Source: Desulfuromonadales bacterium
GTDB taxonomy: Bacteria; Desulfobacterota; Desulfuromonadia; Desulfuromonadales; JACZKF01
DNA: 64,000 bases
Assembly (NCBI GenBank): GCA_029289095.1
Contig: JARFUG010000007.1
Span: 9,297-73,296, forward strand
Direction: 5' to 3'
The notes beneath the pieces are model-generated. The model did not search any database and was not told where the DNA came from. It saw only the letters and a program-made list of their open reading frames with translations. How positions within the stretch are numbered: the first letter of the stretch is position 1; each line of letters starts with the position of its first letter. A program made the position numbers and the translations under genes. Below are positions 9,970 through 17,074 of the stretch, in pieces.

Positions 9970-10962
9970 ATGATGAAATCCAAGACGGAGCGCTCTCTCC
10001 TTGAACCCCGCGAACTCCTGCAGATGTACCGTGACATGGTTCTCATCCGCGAGTTCGAAGAAGCCTGTCCCAAACTCTACAGCCAGGGGAAAATGGGGGG
10101 GTTTCTCCATCTCTACAGCGGCCAGGAAGCGGTCGGGGTCGGAGCGGCTCACGCCATCCATGCCGACGACTACATGATCGCCGCCTATCGTGAGCACGGC
10201 CTTATCCTCGCCAAGGGAGCTCATCCCAACGAAATCATGGCGGAGCTCTTCGGCAAGGTGACGGGGTGCAGCCGGGGGAAGGGGGGGTCGATGCACATGT
10301 TCGATCCTTCCCTGCGTTTCATGGGGGGGTACGGCATCGTTGGAGGACATATTCCGCTCGCCGTCGGACTGGGGTATTCGATCCTCTACCGGGAGAGCGA
10401 TGAGGTGGTCCTGTGCCTCTTCGGAGATGGAGCGACAAACCAGGGGGTCTTTCACGAGGCGATGAACATGGCAGCCCTCTACCGGGTTCCGGTCGTTTTC
10501 ATCTGCGAAAACAACGGCTACGGCATCGGTACGGCCGTGACGAGGGCAAGCTCGATGGAGGCGCTCTACAAAAAGAGCTGCGCGTACGAGACGCCGGGTA
10601 TGAAAGTCGATGGAATGGATGTCCTGGCGGTCTACGAGGCGGTTCGCAAAGCGGTCCAGCGCGCCAGGGAAGGGAGCGGGCCGACCTACATCGAGGCGCT
10701 CACCTATCGTTTTCGCGGCCATTCCATTTCCGATCCGGGGACCTACCGCAGCGAGCAGGAGAAGAAGATCTGGCGCGAACGCGACCCCATTCCCAATTTC
10801 TCCGCCTGGCTCATCGATCAGGGGCATGCCGGTCGGGACGAGATCGAGCGTATCGATGCCGAACAGAAGAAAGCCGTGCATGAGGCGATCCGTTTCGCCG
10901 AAGAGAGCCCCGAGCCCGACCCCGAGGAGCTCTGGACCGACGTGTATGTGGAGAGGCAGTAG
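9970..10962 (+). CDS. pdhA: 2-oxoacid (pyruvate/acetoin-type) dehydrogenase E1 alpha subunit, TPP-dependent
   Basis: TPP motif GDGATNQG...ENNGYGIGT and FRGHSISDPGTYR. Start taken at ATG 9970 (MMKSKTERSLLEP...). The upstream ORF extension (9700-9969) looks non-coding. Confidence 0.85.
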   Translation: MMKSKTERSLLEPRELLQMYRDMVLIREFEEACPKLYSQGKMGGFLHLYSGQEAVGVGAAHAIHADDYMIAAYREHGLILAKGAHPNEIMAELFGKVTGCSRGKGGSMHMFDPSLRFMGGYGIVGGHIPLAVGLGYSILYRESDEVVLCLFGDGATNQGVFHEAMNMAALYRVPVVFICENNGYGIGTAVTRASSMEALYKKSCAYETPGMKVDGMDVLAVYEAVRKAVQRAREGSGPTYIEALTYRFRGHSISDPGTYRSEQEKKIWRERDPIPNFSAWLIDQGHAGRDEIERIDAEQKKAVHEAIRFAEESPEPDPEELWTDVYVERQ

Positions 10963-11049
10963 CCAGGAGCCAGAAGCCAGAAGCCAGAAGCCAGAAGCCA
11001 GGAGAAGGTCCAAGGCATTTGAGGTTTTCATTCTGGCTCCTGGCTTCTG
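10963..11049. repeat. Intercistronic heptamer tandem repeat (CCAGRAG x6) plus a complementary arm forming alternative hairpins
   Basis: CCAGGAG CCAGAAG CCAGAAG CCAGAAG CCAGAAG CCAGGAG at 10963-11004. TTCTGGCTCCTGGCTTCTGG at 11030-11049 is complementary to either end of the array. Confidence 0.9.
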
Positions 11050-11068
11050 GATTCCCTAAGGAGTCTTT

Positions 11069-12040
11069 ATGCCCGAAATTACGTGTCGCGAAGCGTTGAA
11101 TCAGGCCATGAGCGAGGAGATGGAGAGGGATCCTGCGGTCTTCATCCTGGGGGAGGATGTCGGTCTGTACGAGGGGAGCTTCAAAGTCACCCGAGGGCTG
11201 CTCGCGAAATTCGGCGAACGCAGAGTCATCGATACCCCGATTGCCGAGGCCGGAATTGTTGGGATGGCCTGCGGGGCTGCCATGACGGGGCTTCGCCCGA
11301 TTGCCGAGCTGATGACGGTGAATTTCTCCATCGTCGCGATGGATCAGATCATGAACCATGTTGCGGTTGCCCGCTACATGTTCGGGGGAAAGGTCGAAGT
11401 CCCGCTGGTGATCCGCGCCCCCGGAGGCGCCGGACATCAGCTCGGAGCGCAGCACTCCCACTCCCTTGAACCGATCTTCATGCATTGTCCGGGGCTGCGG
11501 GTGATCGTCCCGTCCGTCCCAGCCGATGCCAAGGGACTCCTCAAAAGCGCCATCCGTTGTGACGATCCGGTCATGTTTCTCGAGCACGAGGGGATCTACG
11601 GAATCAAGGGAGAAGTGCCCGAAGGGGAGTACACGATCCCCCTGGGGGTTGCCGACGTGAAGCGAAAGGGGGGGGATGTCACCCTGATCACCCTCTCGCG
11701 CATGGTCTATGTCTGCCTGGAGGCGGCCAAGGAACTCGCAGCCGAGGGGATCGAAGCGGAAGTGGTCGATCTGCGTGCTCTCAATCCTCTCGACATGGTC
11801 ACGGTCCTCGAATCGGTCAGAAAAACGAGGCGGGCGCTCACGGTGGAAGAGTCGTGGCTTACCGGGGGGTGGGGAGGCGAGGTGGCCGCACGGATCATGG
11901 AGCATGCTTTCGATTCGCTCGACGCTCCCGTGCTGCGGGTGGGGGGCGCCGACGTTCCGATGCCCTACAACAAGACCCTTGAAAAGCTCGCCATCCCCGA
12001 TGTCCGCCGGATTGTCGCCAGGGTGAAGGAGCTCCTGTAA
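11069..12040 (+). CDS. pdhB: 2-oxoacid dehydrogenase E1 beta subunit
   Basis: 323 aa with transketolase-like pyrimidine-binding and C-terminal domains (GEDVGLYEGSFKVTRGL, IDTPIAEAG). SD TAAGGAG lies upstream. Confidence 0.88.
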   Translation: MPEITCREALNQAMSEEMERDPAVFILGEDVGLYEGSFKVTRGLLAKFGERRVIDTPIAEAGIVGMACGAAMTGLRPIAELMTVNFSIVAMDQIMNHVAVARYMFGGKVEVPLVIRAPGGAGHQLGAQHSHSLEPIFMHCPGLRVIVPSVPADAKGLLKSAIRCDDPVMFLEHEGIYGIKGEVPEGEYTIPLGVADVKRKGGDVTLITLSRMVYVCLEAAKELAAEGIEAEVVDLRALNPLDMVTVLESVRKTRRALTVEESWLTGGWGGEVAARIMEHAFDSLDAPVLRVGGADVPMPYNKTLEKLAIPDVRRIVARVKELL

Positions 12041-12120
12041 CTCCAGAGATATGCCGCAAGCGCTCGGCGCTTCAAAAAAAGCTGTTCGATCCGTTTAATC
12101 AACACGGAGGAAAAATCACC

Positions 12121-13515
12121 ATGGCCATAGAAATCACCATGCCCAAACTGAGCGACACCATGGAGGAGGGGACGATCCTGCAATGGAAGGTCAAGCAAGG
12201 TGACCGTGTCAGTCAGGGGGACGTCATCGCCGAGGTTGAAACCGACAAGGCGGCCATGGAGATGGAGGCCTTCGACACGGGGGTCGTCAGCGCTCTGAAG
12301 GTCGAGGAGGGAGAAACGGTGGCCGTCGGGACGGTGATCGCGGTCCTTGACGTCGAGGGAGAAGAAGAGGCGCAGGAGACGAAGCCGGAGAAAAGGGAGA
12401 AGACTCCTGAAAGGGCTGAAGACGAGCAGAAGGCGAAGCGGAAGAAAAAAGAGGAAATGGAGGCAAAGGAGGAGAAAAAGAAGAAAGAGGAAAAAGAGGA
12501 AAAAGAGGAAAAAGAGGAAAAAGAGGAAAAAGAGGAAAAAGAGGAAAAAGAGGAGGAGGGGTCCGAAGAGCCTGAGGAGAAAAAACCCGCAAAGGTGGAG
12601 CCGTCGAAAGCGGAAGGCGCAGAGGAAGGGAGAAAGGAGAAGGCTCCCCAAATATCCGCCCTCGATATTGTGGCTTCTCCGGCCGCCAGAAAGCTTGCAA
12701 CGGAAAAGAATTTCGATCTCTCGCGGGTGCGGGGGACAGGGCCCGGGGGGCGCATCATCGTTGCAGATGTTGAGAAGGCTCTTAAACAAGGTCGAGCGGA
12801 GCGTGCCGAGCACAAAGCCGGCGCGGGGGAGAGGCGCAAGGAGAAATCGGTCAAGATCCGCAGAATCGTCGCTGGGAAAATGGTGGATAGCTGGAAGAAC
12901 ATCCCCCACTTCTATGTGACCGTTTCGGTCGATATGACCGAAGTCATACGTATTCGCAAGGAACTGGATGTCACCATCAATGATCTGATCATCGCCGCGA
13001 CGGCGCGCACCCTCGAGGAGCATCCCTGGGTCAACAGCCGCTTGGTGGATGGGGAAGTTTCCGAGGAAAAGCGGATCAATATCGCCCTTGCCGTCGCCAC
13101 CGAGCGGGGGCTGTTCAACCCGGTTGTTCAAGACTGTGGCGCCCTTCCACTCAAGGAAATCAGCGCCAGAGCCAGGGAACTCGGAGAGAAAGCCCATTCG
13201 GGTAGACTCACCGCAGAGAACATGGAAGGAGGGACCTTCACAATATCGAACATGGGGATGCTGGGGGTCGAGTCGTTCAGCGCCATCATCACTCCACCCC
13301 AGGTCGCCGTCCTGGCTGTTGGAACTGTTCGGGGCGAGGCCGTGGTGGACGAGCAGGGGAATCCGGCCGTCGCTCCCCTGGTCCGCATGACCCTCTCCGC
13401 GGACCACCGGGTGCTCGATGGCGCCGATGCCGCTGACTTTCTCGGCACTCTCAAGAGCTATCTTGAGGCGCCCGTGACGCTGACAGGCAACCATGCCGGC
13501 AAGGAGATATCATGA
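12121..13515 (+). CDS. Dihydrolipoamide acyltransferase E2 with an unusually long Glu/Lys-rich linker
   Basis: One lipoyl domain (EVETDKAAME), a peripheral subunit-binding domain (SPAARKLATEKNFDLSRVRGTGPGGRI), and a catalytic domain with DHRVLDG. Confidence 0.9.
   Translation: MAIEITMPKLSDTMEEGTILQWKVKQGDRVSQGDVIAEVETDKAAMEMEAFDTGVVSALKVEEGETVAVGTVIAVLDVEGEEEAQETKPEKREKTPERAEDEQKAKRKKKEEMEAKEEKKKKEEKEEKEEKEEKEEKEEKEEKEEEGSEEPEEKKPAKVEPSKAEGAEEGRKEKAPQISALDIVASPAARKLATEKNFDLSRVRGTGPGGRIIVADVEKALKQGRAERAEHKAGAGERRKEKSVKIRRIVAGKMVDSWKNIPHFYVTVSVDMTEVIRIRKELDVTINDLIIAATARTLEEHPWVNSRLVDGEVSEEKRINIALAVATERGLFNPVVQDCGALPLKEISARARELGEKAHSGRLTAENMEGGTFTISNMGMLGVESFSAIITPPQVAVLAVGTVRGEAVVDEQGNPAVAPLVRMTLSADHRVLDGADAADFLGTLKSYLEAPVTLTGNHAGKEIS
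12487..12549 (+). repeat. Perfect in-frame 9-bp tandem repeat (GAGGAAAAA x7) encoding (EEK)7 inside the E2 linker
   Basis: Seven identical 9-mers read directly from the sequence. The repeat starts on a codon boundary of the E2 frame. Confidence 0.95.
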
Positions 13516-15938
13516 GCGTAGATATTCGTCGCCTGGAGCCTGAAGAGCTCTTCTGGCGCTGCGACCCCGCTCAGTTTGAATTTGAAAGCACTCGCGAGCT
13601 CCCGTGCCTCGACGGAACCATCGGGCAGGAGCGGGCGCTTACGGCCATCGAATTCGGCCTTGGCATCCGGGACAGCGGATTCAACATCTTCATCCTCGGC
13701 GAGCCCGGCACCGGGCGCTCCTCCACCATCCGCACCCTGCTGGAGAGAAGAGCCCAGAACGAGCCGGTGCCCGGGGACTGGTGCTACGTCCACGATTTCG
13801 ATGACGGTCTGCGTCCCCGCTGGCTCCATCTGCCGCAGGCGACCGGCAGGGCTCTCCATCGGGAGATGGAGGAGCTCATCAGCCGCCTCGAAGAGGAGAT
13901 CCCCAAGGTCTTCGAGAGCAAGGAATACGAACTGCAGAAGACGCGCATCTCCGAAAATTTCCAGGAAAAACAGAAGGAGCTCTTCCAGCAGCTCGACCAG
14001 CGGGCGCAGGAGGAGGGCTTCACGCTGCAGCGTACCGTCAGTGGTCTTGTTCTCGTCCCGTTAAAGGATGAACACCCTCTTTCCCAGCAGGAATACGAGG
14101 ACCTCTCCGATTCGGACAAGGCTTCTCTCGATGAGAAAGGAAACGATCTGAAGGAGCAGCTCAACGACGTGCTGCGCCATGCGAAAGACCTGGAGAAGGA
14201 GATGCGCACCCGGACCCAGGAGATGGAGAAAGAGATCCTCCTCTACACCATCGGACATATCTTTGAAGATCTGGAGGAGAAATACGAAAGGCACGAAGAG
14301 GTGATCGCGCACTTTGAAAACTGCAAGAAGGACATTCTCGAGCGCATCGACGAACTCCGACCGTCGCAGGGACCCCAGATTGCCATTCCTGGCATGCAAT
14401 TGGGGAAACAGGAGCCTTCCTACGACCGCTACCGCATAAATCTTTTCGTCGACAACGGCGAACAAGAGGGGGCGCCCGTCGTCTTTGAGCCGAATCCCAC
14501 CTATTTCAACCTCTTCGGGCGCATCGATCACGTCATCCAGATGGGCAATGCCGTCACGAACTTCACCCTGGTGCGCTCAGGCGCTCTGCACCGAGCCAAC
14601 GGCGGTTACTTGATTCTCGACTGCCGGGAGGTTTTGCTGAATCTCTTCTCCTACGAGGCACTGAAGCGCTGCATCCGGAATGAAGAGATCAAGATCGAGG
14701 ACATGGCCGAACAGTACCGTATGATCGCCACCTTGAGCCTCAAACCCCAACCGATTCCGCTCAACTGCAAGATCGTCATGATCGGAACGCCCCAGCTCTA
14801 CTACCTGCTCTATCAGCTCGATCCCGACTTCCGCAAGTTTTTCAAGGTAAAGTCCGATTTCGACAGGATGATGAAGAACACCCCTGAAAACGTCCATCGC
14901 TACGCCCGTTTCATCGCCACGAAATGCGCGCAGGAGAATCTTGTCCATTTCAGCCCCGAGGGGGTCAGTCGCCTCATCGAACACGCGGCGAGGCTGAACG
15001 AGGACCAGGGGCGGCTCTCGTCGCGCTTCATCGATCTGGCCGATACCCTGAGGGAAGCGGCCTATTACGCCTCTTTGGATGGAAAGGGGCTGGCCGGACC
15101 AGAACATGTCGAGCAGGCGATCGAGGCGAAGAGATACCGCTCCAACAAGACCGAAGAACATATCCAGGAATATATCGATGAAGGGAAGATCCTTGTCGAT
15201 GTCGAAGGGAAAATCACCGGCCAGGTCAACGGTCTTTCGGTCTACCTGCTGGGCGACTACTCGTTCGGCAGGCCCTCGCGCGTTACTGCCCGGACCTATC
15301 TCGGCAAGGGAGGATTGGTCAATATCGAACGGGAAGCCAAGCTCTCGGGACCCATTCATGACAAGGGAGTGCTCATCTTCAGCGGCTTTTTCGGCGACCG
15401 TTTCGCCCAGGACAAGCCGCTTGCCCTGGCGGCATCGATCGCTTTCGAGCAGTCGTATGCCGGCGTCGAGGGGGACAGCGCCTCCTCGACCGAGCTCTAC
15501 GCGCTGATGTCGTCGCTGGCCAGGCTGCCGATCCATCAGGGGATCGCCGTCACCGGTTCCGTCGATCAGCGAGGACAGGTGCAGCCAATCGGAGGGGTGA
15601 ACGAAAAAATCGAAGGTTTTTATGCCGTCTGCAAGGCCAAGGGGCTGACCGGAGAGCAGGGCGTCATCATTCCGATACAGAACGTCAAAAACCTCATGCT
15701 GCGTAAAGAGGTGGTCGATGCGGTGCGCGAGGGCCGGTTCCATCTGTGGGCCGTCACGAGCGTCGATGAGGGGATCGAGATACTGACCGGAGTTCCTGCC
15801 GGTCGCCAGTCAGAAGACGGCAGTTGGCCCGAGGGGACGGTCAATCACCGCATCGATCACCGCCTCAGGGAAATGGCCGAGGCCGCCCGCAGCTTCGGCC
15901 AGGAAAAAGAAGGAAAAAACAACAGGGAAGATGGCTGA
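13512..15938 (+). CDS. Lon-like protease (COG1067 / LonB-LonC-like) with a degenerate Walker A
   Basis: 808 aa. The AAA-like N-terminal part has GEPGTGRS (Arg in place of the P-loop Lys) and a long coiled insertion. The C-terminal S16 domain has GVEGDSASS (catalytic Ser) and GGVNEKIEG (Lys). The start overlaps the E2 stop (ATGA). Confidence 0.8.
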   Translation: MSVDIRRLEPEELFWRCDPAQFEFESTRELPCLDGTIGQERALTAIEFGLGIRDSGFNIFILGEPGTGRSSTIRTLLERRAQNEPVPGDWCYVHDFDDGLRPRWLHLPQATGRALHREMEELISRLEEEIPKVFESKEYELQKTRISENFQEKQKELFQQLDQRAQEEGFTLQRTVSGLVLVPLKDEHPLSQQEYEDLSDSDKASLDEKGNDLKEQLNDVLRHAKDLEKEMRTRTQEMEKEILLYTIGHIFEDLEEKYERHEEVIAHFENCKKDILERIDELRPSQGPQIAIPGMQLGKQEPSYDRYRINLFVDNGEQEGAPVVFEPNPTYFNLFGRIDHVIQMGNAVTNFTLVRSGALHRANGGYLILDCREVLLNLFSYEALKRCIRNEEIKIEDMAEQYRMIATLSLKPQPIPLNCKIVMIGTPQLYYLLYQLDPDFRKFFKVKSDFDRMMKNTPENVHRYARFIATKCAQENLVHFSPEGVSRLIEHAARLNEDQGRLSSRFIDLADTLREAAYYASLDGKGLAGPEHVEQAIEAKRYRSNKTEEHIQEYIDEGKILVDVEGKITGQVNGLSVYLLGDYSFGRPSRVTARTYLGKGGLVNIEREAKLSGPIHDKGVLIFSGFFGDRFAQDKPLALAASIAFEQSYAGVEGDSASSTELYALMSSLARLPIHQGIAVTGSVDQRGQVQPIGGVNEKIEGFYAVCKAKGLTGEQGVIIPIQNVKNLMLRKEVVDAVREGRFHLWAVTSVDEGIEILTGVPAGRQSEDGSWPEGTVNHRIDHRLREMAEAARSFGQEKEGKNNREDG

Positions 15939-15946
15939 AGAGCGCC

Positions 15947-15974
15947 TTGACAAAGGTGCGCATCTACGTATCCT
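15947..15974 (+). promoter_or_regulatory. Candidate sigma-70 promoter (TTGACA-16 nt-TATCCT)
   Basis: The -35 hexamer is perfect, the spacer is 16 nt, and the -10 matches 4/6. It lies about 50 nt upstream of the 16024 start. Confidence 0.4.
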
Positions 15975-16023
15975 TTAATTGAAGACAAGGTCGGTCGTCA
16001 TTTGTCCGAAAGGAGGAACCGAG

Positions 16024-16548
16024 ATGAAAGTCATCGATTTTGCCATAGAAATGGAAATGCGGGAGCGGGATCTCTACAAAGAGTTGGCGCAGAATGCCGA
16101 GCAGAAGGGGGTGAGAACGATTTATGCCCGCATGGCCGAAGACGAGGAAGGAATCGTCCGGAACTTGCGCGAAATGGCCTCCACGATCTCGGATGTCGAT
16201 TCCCTTGCCCTTGAAAGCGTGAGGAGTCCCCTGGACCGAAATTTCGACAGGGAGCGGGCGCTGAAGATCGATGATGGTCTGCAGGCTTACCGTTTCCTCA
16301 TGGGGATGGAAAAGGCAATGCGTGACTTCTATACGAAGGCCGCGCGCCGGGAATCCGATCCGAGGGCGCGCGATCTTCTCCTGAGCGTCGCGGCGCAGGA
16401 GGAGAAAGAGCTCCATGAGCTGGAGACCCTGTACGAATTCGTCAACGCGCCCAACGAGTATCTGGCGTGGGCCGAGTTCAGCAATCTCGACGAGTTCTAT
16501 AACTTCGGCCGGTACGAAGACAACCGTGGAGTGCGACCGCCGAACTGA
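16024..16548 (+). CDS. Ferritin-like / rubrerythrin-like helical-bundle protein
   Basis: 174 aa, all-helical and Glu-rich with E..E..H-type spacing (EMEMRERDLYKEL, MEKAMRDFY, EEKELHELE). SD AAAGGAGGA lies upstream of ATG 16024. Confidence 0.5.
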   Translation: MKVIDFAIEMEMRERDLYKELAQNAEQKGVRTIYARMAEDEEGIVRNLREMASTISDVDSLALESVRSPLDRNFDRERALKIDDGLQAYRFLMGMEKAMRDFYTKAARRESDPRARDLLLSVAAQEEKELHELETLYEFVNAPNEYLAWAEFSNLDEFYNFGRYEDNRGVRPPN

Positions 16549-16571
16549 CGAGCAATCAGACAGGCATGCGG

Positions 16572-16616
16572 GCAAGGCAAAGGGGCGGTGGTTATCCATC
16601 CGCCCCTTTGCCTTGC
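16572..16616. terminator. Bidirectional stem-loop between convergent genes (17-bp perfect stem)
   Basis: GCAAGGCAAAGGGGCGG-tggttatccat-CCGCCCCTTTGCCTTGC. Confidence 0.65.
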
Positions 16617-16633
16617 ACTTCGGCGATGCATCT

Positions 16634-17074
16634 TCAGGATGCGCGCACCGTCAGCACCGGAATTTCCGAGCGTCGTACGACGCGCTCGGCCGTACTTCCC
16701 ACCAGCACATGTTCCAGCGCCATCTGACTGTGGGTGCCGATGACGATGAGGTCCGCCTTGATCTGTCTGGCGCATTGAAGGATCTGCTGGAAGGGGATCC
16801 CGACGGCGATCTCCGTGGTGTAGCGGACCCCTTTGATGTTCTTCCTGCAGAATTCCTCCATCTCCTTGACGGCATGGATTTCTACTTCCTTCTCCAGAAG
16901 CTCGAAATGTTCCGCCGGAATGTAGCTGCGTCGCCGGTCGGCAAGCTCGCCGACGACGTGCAGCACGTGCAATTCAGCATCGGCGAGTTTTGCAAGAGTT
17001 TCGGCATACCGGAAGGCCGGCTCGGAACGCTCGGTCAGATCGGTGCCGTAGAGGATCTTCTTGATCGGCTTCAT
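16634..17074 (-). CDS. Universal stress protein (UspA family)
   Basis: 146 aa, MKPIKKILYGTDLTERSE...HVLHVV...LIVIGTHS...GSTAERVVRRSEIPVLTV. Its ATG overlaps the stop of the TRAP permease (ATGA). Confidence 0.85.
   Translation of the reverse strand: MKPIKKILYGTDLTERSEPAFRYAETLAKLADAELHVLHVVGELADRRRSYIPAEHFELLEKEVEIHAVKEMEEFCRKNIKGVRYTTEIAVGIPFQQILQCARQIKADLIVIGTHSQMALEHVLVGSTAERVVRRSEIPVLTVRAS

Noticed and set aside
12347-12919. Alternative-frame and antisense ORFs through the E2 repeat (poly-KRKK, poly-FLF/SFS); also the idea that the repeat is a CRISPR-like or minisatellite locus
   Set aside because: The 9-bp units are contiguous with no spacers. They are in frame with an E2 protein that has intact domains on both sides. 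The other frames are by-products of the repeat.
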